DNA of 32,000 bases from a cyanobacterium endosymbiont of Epithemia turgida isolate EtSB Lake Yunoko (GTDB taxonomy: Bacteria > Cyanobacteriota > Cyanobacteriia > Cyanobacteriales > Microcystaceae): contig NZ_AP012549.1 in assembly GCF_000829235.1 (NCBI RefSeq), positions 1,830,001-1,862,000 of the forward strand, given 5' to 3'. The position numbers and the translations under genes are program-made. This document shows, in pieces, positions 1 to 9,865 of this stretch. The notes beneath the pieces are model-generated. The model searched no databases. It was not told the origin of the DNA and saw only the letters and a list, made by a program, of their open reading frames with translations. The first letter of the stretch is position 1. Every line of letters starts with the position of its first letter.

Positions 1-1
1 T

Positions 2-1435
2 GTGCAAGCAAGCCGAACAGTTCGACGGCAATTGGGACAAACTGTTGAAGAAATTTGCTTATCTTCTGAGGAAATTTCTTCTTTTCCCTTGAATAGTGAT
101 CGTCCCCTAAATAAAGTTTTACAAAAAATTGAACCTTGGTTGGACTCTTCCGAATTTCTATTGGGGAAAGAAGTTACACAGACAGAAACTGACAGCGGTA
201 ATTTGGCTCGAAAGTTCACAATTAAAGGAATTGCTAGTGTTTTAGATAGCAGTTGTCTAGTGTTAGTTAAGTCAAACAATCAAACGGTTGATCTTCTTTC
301 CCCTAGTCAACAAAAAATTCTTCAAAAGCTTATTCAAGTAGAAACTGCTAACTATTGCTACGATCGTCGTTTCAAACTAGCTCAATCTCGCAAAACTCCT
401 GGCTTAATCTCTAACTTTTCTACTAACTCCCAAAATGTATTACCTCCAGTACGCTGGTTTTGGCAAAGAATGCGATGGATGCAAACAAGTCCAATAGCAA
501 CAAGACTTAATCTATTTGGGGAATCTTTTTTAAGAGTTAGAATTGAGCATCAGCTAGTCAGCAGTGTAGTGAAACAATCATCTAATTTTAATGTTGAACA
601 CCTAAAAAACTTTACTCAAACAGGAACAGACTATTTTCACAGAAAATCTCAATCAAAAAAATTATTCTCTGAAACTAATCAATTAATTAATATCTGTTCA
701 ATAGGTAAGTTAAAAAGATCGTCTTCTCTACAAAAGAGACCTGAATTATTTGAATATAATATCATTAGTTCTAGTGTAAAAATAATTAAAAAGATTAGAA
801 AAAAGCTACAGCAATCAATCAAATCATCTTTGATAGAAGAAAAAAACAACCCGTTTCAACTTAAAATATTTATTTTTGCTGCTATTGATTACCTTCTTGG
901 CAAGAAAACTTCTAATCTTCGATTAAAACCAAAGCAATCTATTAAAACTATTAAATCTAATTTTTTATTTCCCAACTTTGGCCCACATAAATATGAATTA
1001 ATTAATGAAGATCTCGATGATCTCTGGTTATCTTGGGATGATCTTTATGCAGAAGAAAAAACTTCTAACTCATTGAAAAATTTAACTGATCCACCCATGG
1101 CTTTATCACGAGCTTATAAAGAAGAAACTAACTTAGATAAATCTTTAAAAGAAGATATAAAAGTACTTCTTAAACACCAGAATAAGCGGAGAGAGAACAA
1201 AAAAAATAAGAAGCTTAAACCTGTTGCTATATCTGTCTCTGACGTGAAACCAAAACAGGATTTTATTGGTATAATTCAATCTACTTATCCCGCCGTCATT
1301 GAAACCGAAGCTAAGTCTACGGGGTATGTTAAACATCCCTTAGAGAATATATTAGGATGGCTTGACATGATTATTTCTTGGCTAGAAAGATTAGGAAGTA
1401 AACTATGGGAAGCATTACGAAAGTTAACTAAATAG
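2..1435 (+). CDS. hypothetical protein, 5' end outside window; central Lys/Ser/Asn/Ile-rich low-complexity region
   Basis: A 477-codon stop-free frame enters from the window edge and runs through very AT-rich DNA, where random frames close quickly. I recognise no family by eye. Confidence 0.5.
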   Translation: MQASRTVRRQLGQTVEEICLSSEEISSFPLNSDRPLNKVLQKIEPWLDSSEFLLGKEVTQTETDSGNLARKFTIKGIASVLDSSCLVLVKSNNQTVDLLSPSQQKILQKLIQVETANYCYDRRFKLAQSRKTPGLISNFSTNSQNVLPPVRWFWQRMRWMQTSPIATRLNLFGESFLRVRIEHQLVSSVVKQSSNFNVEHLKNFTQTGTDYFHRKSQSKKLFSETNQLINICSIGKLKRSSSLQKRPELFEYNIISSSVKIIKKIRKKLQQSIKSSLIEEKNNPFQLKIFIFAAIDYLLGKKTSNLRLKPKQSIKTIKSNFLFPNFGPHKYELINEDLDDLWLSWDDLYAEEKTSNSLKNLTDPPMALSRAYKEETNLDKSLKEDIKVLLKHQNKRRENKKNKKLKPVAISVSDVKPKQDFIGIIQSTYPAVIETEAKSTGYVKHPLENILGWLDMIISWLERLGSKLWEALRKLTK

Positions 1436-1463
1436 TATTAGTGTTTCCTATAATGTTAGGACA

Positions 1464-1492
1464 CTCTAACTTCACCTTCAATGAAGTTAGAG
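1464..1492 (+). terminator. possible weak intrinsic terminator after the hypothetical CDS
   Basis: 11-bp perfect stem ctctaacttca / tgaagttagag with a 7-nt loop, 29 nt after the stop. It is followed only by a weak T tract (taaaattt). Confidence 0.3.
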
Positions 1493-1699
1493 TAAAATTT
1501 GACTAGGAGTTGGTTGCAAATATCTTTATTGAAACTCAGCAGTATATTCATGAGCTAATTGTGTTCAGCTTCTTTCTACAAAAAAGGTTACACTCAATAT
1601 CTTATGAGAAAAAAAGATAAGCTTTAGGGGTAAAAAAACGCTACTATACTCATAGATAATATATGAACGATAGTATCTTCTAGATATGAGTATATCTAC

Positions 1700-3106
1700 A
1701 TGAGTCAAAGAACCCTATTCGACAAGGTTTGGGATGCCCATACCGTCAAAATTTTACCCTCAGGACAAACCCAACTCTTTATTGGACTCCATCTAATTCA
1801 CGAAGTCACCAGTCCTCAGGCATTCGCTATGTTGCGTGAAAGAGAACTGGAAGTATTGTATCGTAACCGCACTATCGCCACCGTCGATCACATTGTCCCG
1901 ACAGAAAATCAATCTCGTCCATTCGCTGACTATCTGGCCGAAGAGATGATTCAAGCGTTAGAAAGCAACTCTAAAGAGAACGGCATCACTTTCTATGGTA
2001 TTGGCTCAGGAAATCAAGGAATTGTCCATGTTATCGCACCGGAACAAGGGTTAACCCAACCAGGTATGACCATTGCCTGTGGGGACTCTCATACCTCCAC
2101 CCACGGGGCTTTTGGAGCGATTGCCTTTGGGGTGGGAACCTCTCAAGTTAGGGATATCTTAGCTTCTCAGACTCTAGCTCTGTCTAAGCTAAAAGTCCGC
2201 AAAATTGAAGTTAACGGGACTTTAGGCTCTGGAGTATATGCTAAAGATGTGATACTCCATGTTATACGTAAATTGGGAGTCAAAGGAGGGGTGGGTTATG
2301 CCTATGAATACGCCGGAACTACCTTTGAGGACATGTCCATGGAAGAAAGAATGACGGTGTGTAATATGTCTATTGAAGGAGGGGCTAGATGCGGCTATGT
2401 CAACCCTGACCAAGTGACTTTTGACTACCTTGACGGGAGAGATTTTTCTCCCAGAGGAAACAATTGGAATAGGGCAGTGCAATGGTGGAAAAGTATCCGC
2501 TCTGATGAGAATGCAATCTATGATGATATTGTTACATTTGACGCTGCAGAGATTGAGCCGACGATTACTTGGGGAATTACCCCAGGTCAAGGAATTGGAA
2601 TTAATGAAAAGATTCCTGCCCCTAGAAGTTTGCCCGATAGTGAGCGCGCGATTGCCCAAGAGGCTTATCAGTATATGCAACTGTCCCCAGGAACCTCCAT
2701 CAAAGGCACTAAGGTGGATGTTTGCTTTATCGGGAGTTGCACTAATGGTCGTATTAGCGACTTAAGAGAAGCAGCTAAATTTGCCCAAGGATACCGGGTT
2801 TCTCCAGGGGTCAAAGCTTTTGTAGTTCCAGGTTCAGAACGGGTAAAACTCCAGGCCGAAGCCGAAGGTCTTGACAAAATCTTTGTTGAAGCTGGATTTG
2901 AATGGCGCGAAGCTGGATGTTCGATGTGTTTGGCTATGAACCCTGATAAGTTAAAAGGAGATCAAATCAGTGCCTCCTCCTCTAACCGTAATTTCAAAGG
3001 CCGTCAGGGCTCATCTACTGGACGAACTTTGTTAATGAGTCCAGCAATGGTAGTAGTCGCAGCTATTAAGGGAAAAGTAGTTGATATCCGGGAATTTTTA
3101 TCCTAA
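1700..3106 (+). CDS. leuC: 3-isopropylmalate dehydratase large subunit
   Basis: 468-aa ORF with N-terminus [16 protein letters not shown]. Aconitase-family Fe-S regions [20 protein letters not shown] and CSMCLAMN are present. ATG at 1700. Confidence 0.95.
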   Translation: MSQRTLFDKVWDAHTVKILPSGQTQLFIGLHLIHEVTSPQAFAMLRERELEVLYRNRTIATVDHIVPTENQSRPFADYLAEEMIQALESNSKENGITFYGIGSGNQGIVHVIAPEQGLTQPGMTIACGDSHTSTHGAFGAIAFGVGTSQVRDILASQTLALSKLKVRKIEVNGTLGSGVYAKDVILHVIRKLGVKGGVGYAYEYAGTTFEDMSMEERMTVCNMSIEGGARCGYVNPDQVTFDYLDGRDFSPRGNNWNRAVQWWKSIRSDENAIYDDIVTFDAAEIEPTITWGITPGQGIGINEKIPAPRSLPDSERAIAQEAYQYMQLSPGTSIKGTKVDVCFIGSCTNGRISDLREAAKFAQGYRVSPGVKAFVVPGSERVKLQAEAEGLDKIFVEAGFEWREAGCSMCLAMNPDKLKGDQISASSSNRNFKGRQGSSTGRTLLMSPAMVVVAAIKGKVVDIREFLS

Positions 3107-3533
3107 TGCCAGGGCGGGGTGGCAATACCAATATTATGTCAGATAAACAATGAGACCTATGTATGTATCTTAAACTCTAGTAGCCGAAAATTATTTGTAT
3201 TGGTCTATAAAAATTGTCTTTTTTAGAGTTTACTACAAAATATTATACTTTTTCTTTTCTATAAACGACCATTTGAAAGCATTATCTGAACTTCTTTTGG
3301 CCAAGGTGAAACTTCTATTCATACTAAAATTCCCTAAACTAAGTTAGATCAACAAAAGTTCTTTCCATATTCAGGACTGTAGTTTCTGTGCTTAATGAAC
3401 TAAAAAATATTAATTGTATATCCTTTGCCGATTATATTTAGTCTAGAAACTTGCTTACTTATTGTAATTGCTCTTTAACTCGCGCAAAGTCGCTTTAAAG
3501 CTTTCTAAACAAGCCATTTACTTAACATAGAAT

Positions 3534-3647
3534 ATGTTAAGTACTACTCCCCCTTAGAGTTTTCAGTTTGTGATCGCTGGAGCAGTTATTTTAGTAACTG
3601 TAGGCTACTTACTCAAAAAGCTGAGCCGATTTTATTTATGTTTATAA
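3534..3647 (+). pseudogene. possible psaJ (photosystem I subunit IX) relic with an in-frame TAG
   Basis: The frame reads M L S T T P P * S F Q F V I A G A V I L V T V G Y L L K K L S R F Y L C L *. From memory, PsaJ is ..FLSTAPV..(TM)..[16 protein letters not shown]... The ends LSTxP and TxGxLxxxxxRFYxxL match, but the middle is 6-7 residues longer. Tentative. Confidence 0.3.
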
Positions 3648-3777
3648 ATTTGAACATAGTTACAACAACTAAAGAAGGAAACAAATTTTCACTGTGATTT
3701 AAGTGTAAAATTGCTTAACAATTATTTTGTGTCGTCATAAACGTCACTTAAATGTATTACGCTCTGAGTGGTTTATA

Positions 3778-3825
3778 GCCAGCCTCCTGCGCTGGCTTTA
3801 AGGGAAAAACCGATTTTCCCTTAAA
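3778..3825 (+). promoter_or_regulatory. two adjacent hairpins in the leader of the EF-G paralog
   Basis: gccagc-ctcctgc-gctggc (3778-3796) is followed directly by tttaagggaaaa-accga-ttttcccttaaa (3797-3825). The pair ends 36 nt before ATG 3861. Function unknown: leader structure or terminator of a lost upstream gene. Confidence 0.3.
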
Positions 3826-3860
3826 TACCATTTGTAAGACCTAAACCCTGTAGACCTAGT

Positions 3861-5948
3861 ATGAAAAAAGACCTAACTCGTTATCGTAATATTGGCATCT
3901 TCGCTCACGTCGATGCGGGAAAAACTACCACTACCGAAAGAATTCTCAAACTAACCGGAAAAATTCACAAAATCGGTGAAGTTCATGAAGGCGCGGCTAC
4001 CACCGACTTCATGGAACAGGAGCAGGAGCGTGGAATCACTATTCAATCTGCCGCTACCAGTTGTTTTTGGAAAGATCACCAACTCAATATCATTGATACT
4101 CCAGGTCACGTTGACTTTACTATCGAAGTTTATCGCTCTCTCAAGGTACTTGATGGGGGAATTGGAGTATTCTGTGGCTCAGGTGGAGTAGAACCACAGT
4201 CAGAGACCAATTGGCGTTATGCTAACGACTCCAAAGTCGCTCGAATTATTTACGTTAATAAACTTGATCGTACGGGGGCTGATTTTTTTTCAGTTATCAA
4301 GCAAGTTGAAGATGTTCTGGCAGCTAAACCCTTAATCATGGTGTTACCCATTGGGATAGAAAGTGAATTCTGTGGAGTTGTTGATTTAATAACTGAAAAA
4401 GCTTGGATTTGGGATAATTCAGGGGATCCCCTGAATTATGAAATTAAAGAAGTTCCTACCGATATGGTTGATCAAGTCACTTTCTACCGTGAACAGTTAA
4501 TCGAAATAGTGGTTGAACAGGATGACGATATCATGGAAAAATATCTTGAGGGGGAAGAATTGACTATAGATGAAATTAAGTCCTGTATCCGTAAAGGAAC
4601 CCGTGATCTTGTCTTTTTTCCCAGCTACTGTGGTTCCTCCTTCAAAAACAAAGGGGTACAGTTAGTTCTTGATGCTGTAGTCGACTATCTTCCTAACCCA
4701 ACCGAACTTGACCCTCAACCTGAGGTTGATCTCGAAGGTAACGAAACAGGGAAGTTTGCTATTGTCGACCCAGAGAAACCTCTACGGGCCTTAGCCTTCA
4801 AGATCATGGATGATCGTTTTGGCGCACTCACCTTCACTCGTTTATATTCTGGAACCCTTTCCAAAGGAGATATAGTACTCAACACCGCCACGGGAAAAAG
4901 CGAAAGGGTTAGCCGTTTGGTGGAAATGCACGCTAATTTTCGTGAAGAAATTGAAACTGCACAGGCCGGAGATATTGTGGCAATTGTAGGGATGAAAAAC
5001 GTCCAAACAGGTCATACACTCTGTGATCCTCAATTTCCAGCTACTTTGGAACCTATGGTCTTTCCTGACCCTGTAATTTCTGTTTCTGTCTCTCCCAAAA
5101 AAAAAGGAGAAAACGAAAAAATGGGTATGGCACTCAGCAAGATGGTTCAAGAAGACCCATCATTCTATGTAGAAACAGATAAAGACAGCGGCGAAGTTAT
5201 TATGAAAGGGATGGGAGAACTTCACCTCGACATCAAGGTGGACATCCTTAAACGAACCCATGGAGTTGAAGTCGAGGTGGGTAAACCCCAAGTTGCTTAC
5301 CGCGAGTCTATTACCAAAACCATCAATGATACCTATATCCACAAGAAACAATCTGGGGGTTCTGGTCAATTCGGGAAAATTGACTATATTATTGAACCCG
5401 GGGAACCTGGTAGCGGATTTTCTTTCGAGTCTAAAGTGACTGGAGGTAACGTTCCCAGAGAATTTTGGCCGGCAGTTCAGAAAGGATTTGAAAATAGTAT
5501 TAATAAAGGGGTTTTAGCTGGTTTCCCCTGTGTGGATCTTAAGGTAACGTTAACCGATGGTGGATACCACCCTGTTGACTCCTCTGCGATTGCTTTCGAA
5601 ATTGCTGCACGGGCCGGTTATCGTCAATCCATTCCTAAAGCAGGTCCTCAACTTCTCGAACCTATTATGAATGTGGATGTGTTTACCCCCGAAGATTATA
5701 TGGGAGATGTAATTGGTGATCTTAACCGTCGTCGAGGAATGATTAAGTCTCAAAATTCAACTACTATGGGAGCTAGAATCAAGTCCGATGTCCCCTTAAG
5801 TGAGATGTTTGGTTATATTGGAGACTTACGTACCATGACTTCGGGCCGGGGACAATTCTCTATGGAGTTTTCTCACTATGCACCTTGTCCTAATAATGTG
5901 GCCGAAGAGGTAATCGCTGAAGTCAAAGAACGTCAGGCCACTTCTTAA
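3861..5948 (+). CDS. fusA: elongation factor G family GTPase (paralog type, not in a str-operon context)
   Basis: 695 aa with G motifs [18 protein letters not shown] and NKLDR and full-length domains II-V. No rpsL, rpsG or tufA neighbours. Confidence 0.9.
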   Translation: MKKDLTRYRNIGIFAHVDAGKTTTTERILKLTGKIHKIGEVHEGAATTDFMEQEQERGITIQSAATSCFWKDHQLNIIDTPGHVDFTIEVYRSLKVLDGGIGVFCGSGGVEPQSETNWRYANDSKVARIIYVNKLDRTGADFFSVIKQVEDVLAAKPLIMVLPIGIESEFCGVVDLITEKAWIWDNSGDPLNYEIKEVPTDMVDQVTFYREQLIEIVVEQDDDIMEKYLEGEELTIDEIKSCIRKGTRDLVFFPSYCGSSFKNKGVQLVLDAVVDYLPNPTELDPQPEVDLEGNETGKFAIVDPEKPLRALAFKIMDDRFGALTFTRLYSGTLSKGDIVLNTATGKSERVSRLVEMHANFREEIETAQAGDIVAIVGMKNVQTGHTLCDPQFPATLEPMVFPDPVISVSVSPKKKGENEKMGMALSKMVQEDPSFYVETDKDSGEVIMKGMGELHLDIKVDILKRTHGVEVEVGKPQVAYRESITKTINDTYIHKKQSGGSGQFGKIDYIIEPGEPGSGFSFESKVTGGNVPREFWPAVQKGFENSINKGVLAGFPCVDLKVTLTDGGYHPVDSSAIAFEIAARAGYRQSIPKAGPQLLEPIMNVDVFTPEDYMGDVIGDLNRRRGMIKSQNSTTMGARIKSDVPLSEMFGYIGDLRTMTSGRGQFSMEFSHYAPCPNNVAEEVIAEVKERQATS

Positions 5949-5961
5949 ATTTTTCATTGTT

Positions 5962-6003
5962 AAAAAATTCCTGATCGCTATTATTTTCGATCAGGAATTT
6001 TTT
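5962..6003 (+). terminator. rho-independent terminator of the EF-G gene
   Basis: aaaaaattcctgatcg / cgatcaggaatttttt forms a 16-bp stem (GC core cctgatcg) with a 10-nt loop. The T run lies in and after the 3' arm, and the hairpin starts 14 nt after the stop. Confidence 0.8.
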
Positions 6004-6101
6004 ATACTAGAAGCAGATATCCTCGAAAATATTTCTAAGGTACAATCTGATTAGTGCTAGATAAAATTAATTCATAAAGTTAACCAGCAAACGAGTAAAA
6101 T

Positions 6102-6884
6102 TATGCCTTATACATTAATAGTAAAATTGCAGGCTTAACGACAGGAACAGTCCTACAACGCCAGGGAATTAAAATTTTTAAAAAAAGCAAGGTAGGGCAC
6201 AATTACTCACTGTTATGGACCCATAATTTTAACTTTAGGTTAATCAATCAATGGTTACAACACCATGTTATTACGGAATGCTTAGAACAATTAACTGGTA
6301 CTCAACAACCTTGTTATCGGGGTCGTGAAATTAGTCCTAATATTGCTCTATTAAGCATTTAGCCTGAGACTTAGAAATCTATACCTAAACACGGGGAATT
6401 AAAATTGCTTGAGATGCTTACTAACAAAAAATAAGACTAATTTTCACAGAAGTAGTTTAATTTTGACCACTCCTATACTCTAATCCTTAATTCTGCTCGA
6501 GAATTCAGCTATCGCTTTTTCTTCCCCTTGAAGTATAGTATGAACCAGATTAGTTACTAACTTACCATAACTTTGTTCGCGTCACTTGACCACAGAAGTT
6601 CAATCCATGAAGCAGAAGAATTACATTTCAACGATCCTTCCTTAGCGTGGATAGCTTGCAATCACAAAAAAGTAATTTTTACCAAAAAGTTGGACAATAC
6701 ACTACATACTGTGCTCGAGTTAAGTCAAACTTATTGAGGAACATATAACGCCACAATGGTCAAAAAAATATTTAAAATATCTTCTCTATGATTAAATTAG
6801 TCAATCATAGACTATCAAGTTCATCGATGCGATTATAGTCATCCGAACAATATTTATCGAGAACCTTATATACTATTAAGATAG
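6102..6884 (+). pseudogene. FAD-dependent monooxygenase relic (multiple stops and frameshifts)
   Basis: Three fragments follow the order expected for this family. (1) YALYINSKIAGLTTGTVLQRQGIKIFKKSK resembles xDVxIIGAGIAGLTTAxALQRQGIxVxIFEK, with the GxGxxG motif destroyed. (2) HLTTEVQSMKQ...PKSWTIHYIL resembles VHLxxxVxS...GADGIHSxVR, in another frame. (3) CDYSHPNN resembles the GDAAHPMxP motif. All are interrupted by stops. Confidence 0.45.
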
Positions 6885-7071
6885 TAAATCTACCAGGTTT
6901 GTTTATAATGGGAGGAGATAGATTTTCCATAAATAAAACCCAAGATATATCTCTAAATTTTGGAAAAGTAATCTTCTCAGCCTAAGCAAAAACTAATTAC
7001 TTTCTGACTTTAAGAGCAGATCACTTTCAGAAAAATTATTAGATTATCTATTTTTTACTAAAAAATTGTAC

Positions 7072-7129
7072 TTATTTAAATTTTACTAGTTATTTAAATT
7101 AATTTAAATAACTAGTAAAATTTAAATAA
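7072..7129. repeat. 58-bp perfect palindrome (29+29, no spacer)
   Basis: ttatttaaattttactagttatttaaatt | aatttaaataactagtaaaatttaaataa, checked base by base and centred between 7100 and 7101. It contains four ATTTAAAT and two ACTAGT sub-palindromes placed symmetrically. Confidence 0.95.
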
Positions 7130-7492
7130 TAATTTAGATGAATAAAGTCAACCAATTTGACTAGATAAAAATTATTACTTCTCAAAATCTTCATAAAAAA
7201 TCTTAATTATTTTTAGAAAAATCCTAGAAACTATTACGATAAATCACGTTAGCTTAAAGAAAAATTCATAAAGTACCTCTTAAAATAGACTAGATTCTGA
7301 AATAACAGAAAAATTGTCTATAAAAATTTTGGCTTAAGGTTATTTTTATTTATAGAGAGTCCTCTATTAGGTTAGAACTAAAAGTGATACAAATAACCAA
7401 CAACTAAATTCCGAGTGAGGTTAAACATAACGGTAAGAAAAATGTGTCAATAGAATAGGTAAATGCTGTTTATTTTTATAATGTAAGTTTAA

Positions 7493-9094
7493 ATGATCAC
7501 AGACGAGACAAAGCCACAAATATTTTCCTTGACAACTCCTTTGTATTATGTTAACGACGTGCCTCACATGGGGAGCGCCTATACAACTATGGTGGCTGAT
7601 GTCATAGCACGCTTTAAACGACTTAAAGGAGCCTCAGTTCTGTTTATCACAGGAACTGACGAACATGGGCAGAAAATCCAGCGCACTGCAGTAGAAAAAG
7701 ATCTTGATCCGCAACAACATTGCGATCAGGTTGTGACAAGTTTTAAAGATCTATGGCAAAAGTTGAATATTCAATATGATCGCTTTAGCCGCACTACCAG
7801 TCAACATCATGAAACGATCGTCAAGGAATTTTTCCAACGAGTCTACGACAATAACGACATTTACCTAGCTCAACAACAGGGATGGTATTGTGTTCCTTGC
7901 GAGGAATTCAAAGAAAAACGGGAATTACGAGAAGATGCGTGTTGTCCTCTTCATCCCAATAAAAAAGCTGAATGGCGTGACGAAGAAAACTATTTCTTTC
8001 GTCTGTCCAAATATCAAGAAGCTCTCGAAACCTTGTATGAAGAACATTATGATTTTATTGAACCAGAAACCCGCCGAAATGAAATCTTGAAGTTTGTTAA
8101 GCAAGGGTTACAAGATTTCTCAATTTCCCGTGTTAATGTTAGTTGGGGTTTTCCTGTTCCAGTCGATGTCAATCATACCATTTATGTTTGGTTTGATGCC
8201 CTTCTAGGATATATAAGTGCTTTACTTGATTCTAATCAGAAACCGACCCTAGAAAATGCCTTATCTAAATGGTGGCCTATTAATCTTCACTTAATTGGGA
8301 AGGATATTTTGCGCTTCCATGCAGTATATTGGCCAGCCATGTTGATGTCAGCTAAATTACCTTTACCTAAAAAAATTTTTAGCCATGGATTTCTGACTAA
8401 AAATGGTCAAAAAATGAGTAAAACTTTAGGTAATACACTTAATCCTTTTTATTTAGTAGACCGTTATGGCTCCGATGCTGTGCGTTACTATTTTCTCAAA
8501 GAAATTGAATGTGGACGCGATGGAGACTTCAATGAAACCCGTTTTGTTAATGTTCTCAATGCTGATTTAGCTAATGATTTAGGAAATTTGCTCAACCGAA
8601 CTCTTGGGATGACCAGAAAATACTGTAAAGGGATAATTCCTCGAGTAGTTAATTTTCCTTTAGACTATCCCTTAAAAAATACTGGTCAAGATTTGGGGAC
8701 GAGAGTAACTCAAGCCTATGAAACAATCAAGTTTGATCAGGTTTGTAAAGAAATTTTCAGTCTAATTCGGGCAAGTAATAAATTCATTGATGAACAAGCT
8801 CCCTGGAGTTTATTCAAACAAGGAAAACAAGCGGAAGTCGAAACTATTCTGGCTGCTGTGTTAGAATCAGTCCGCCTGAGTGCTTACTTATTGTCCCCAA
8901 TAATTCCCAATTTAAGTAATAACATCTACCAACAATTGGGTTTATCTGTTGATTTTAATGACGGCGATTACGTCCATCAAAATGCTCCCTTCACTCAACA
9001 TAGTCAGTGGGGAAAAATTGAAGTTAGTCAAACTTTAACTAAAACCCAACCTATTTTTGTTAGGCTTAACCTTCCTGAGGAAGAATCTACCTAA
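7493..9094 (+). CDS. metG: methionine--tRNA ligase
   Basis: 533 aa with class I synthetase motifs: PHMGSAY (a HIGH variant) and KMSKTLGN (KMSKS). WYCVPCEEF knuckle region and helical anticodon-binding C-terminus are present. Confidence 0.95.
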   Translation: MITDETKPQIFSLTTPLYYVNDVPHMGSAYTTMVADVIARFKRLKGASVLFITGTDEHGQKIQRTAVEKDLDPQQHCDQVVTSFKDLWQKLNIQYDRFSRTTSQHHETIVKEFFQRVYDNNDIYLAQQQGWYCVPCEEFKEKRELREDACCPLHPNKKAEWRDEENYFFRLSKYQEALETLYEEHYDFIEPETRRNEILKFVKQGLQDFSISRVNVSWGFPVPVDVNHTIYVWFDALLGYISALLDSNQKPTLENALSKWWPINLHLIGKDILRFHAVYWPAMLMSAKLPLPKKIFSHGFLTKNGQKMSKTLGNTLNPFYLVDRYGSDAVRYYFLKEIECGRDGDFNETRFVNVLNADLANDLGNLLNRTLGMTRKYCKGIIPRVVNFPLDYPLKNTGQDLGTRVTQAYETIKFDQVCKEIFSLIRASNKFIDEQAPWSLFKQGKQAEVETILAAVLESVRLSAYLLSPIIPNLSNNIYQQLGLSVDFNDGDYVHQNAPFTQHSQWGKIEVSQTLTKTQPIFVRLNLPEEEST

Positions 9095-9099
9095 ACAGG

Positions 9100-9831
9100 G
9101 TGCTAGAAAAACAATGTTTCTATTACACCTTTTCCCAATTTACAAATACTATGAAATATAAGCCAGAAATAACAAACCCATTTCACAAACCATACCTTCT
9201 CCATAATCAACCAGGAATAAGACAAATGTTTGAAGAATTTGAAGATGATTCTATATTTACGCCAGAACAGGTATTAGAAAATAGAGGACGTGTTGCGATT
9301 TTTATTGATGGCTCTAATTTATTTTATGCTGCTCTTCAATTAGGAATTGAAATTGACTATACAAAGTTGCTGTGTCGACTGACAGGAGGATCTCGGTTAT
9401 TAAGAGCTTTCTTTTATACTGGAGTTGATCGCACCAACGAAAAACAACAGGGTTTTTTATTGTGGATGCGTCGTAATGGTTATCGAGTAATCGCTAAAGA
9501 CTTGGTTCAATTACCCGACGGCTCAAAAAAAGCTAACTTAGACGTAGAAATTGCCGTTGATCTCATGGCTTTAGTCGGAGCTTATGATACCTCCGTAATC
9601 GTCAGTGGCGATGGAGACTTAGCCTATGCAGCTGATTCCGTTAGCTATCGAGGAGCGCGCATCGAAGTTGTTAGCTTGCGTTCGATGACTAGTGATAGTT
9701 TAATCAATGTCGCTGATCGTTATATTGATCTCGACCAAATAAAAGAAGATATTCAAAAAACTCCCAAACCGAACATGTCTTATGGTAGTCTTTCGGGGGT
9801 CGGGATGTTAGATAGCAATAAACCAAGATAA
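9100..9831 (+). CDS. NYN-domain (LabA-like/DUF88) predicted RNase
   Basis: The core RVAIFIDGSNLFYAA ... DVEIAVD ... VIVSGDGDLAYA is the NYN/LabA-like signature. The start is uncertain: GTG 9100, ATG 9151 or ATG 9226 (MFEEFEDD...). Confidence 0.8.
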   Translation: MLEKQCFYYTFSQFTNTMKYKPEITNPFHKPYLLHNQPGIRQMFEEFEDDSIFTPEQVLENRGRVAIFIDGSNLFYAALQLGIEIDYTKLLCRLTGGSRLLRAFFYTGVDRTNEKQQGFLLWMRRNGYRVIAKDLVQLPDGSKKANLDVEIAVDLMALVGAYDTSVIVSGDGDLAYAADSVSYRGARIEVVSLRSMTSDSLINVADRYIDLDQIKEDIQKTPKPNMSYGSLSGVGMLDSNKPR

Positions 9832-9865
9832 GGTAGGTAAGTCAGACTCAAATAACTTCAACCAA

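Noticed and set aside
3290-3533. A possible psaF relic upstream of the psaJ-like frame: fragments K-N-I-N-C-I / P-L-P-I-I-F-S-L... against ...KEIIIDVPLAI...WPLAA...SPR.
   Set aside because: There are only about 8 identities in 38 ungapped positions, inconsistent spacing with other PsaF motifs, and an overlap with the psaJ-like ATG. This is too weak to call without a search.
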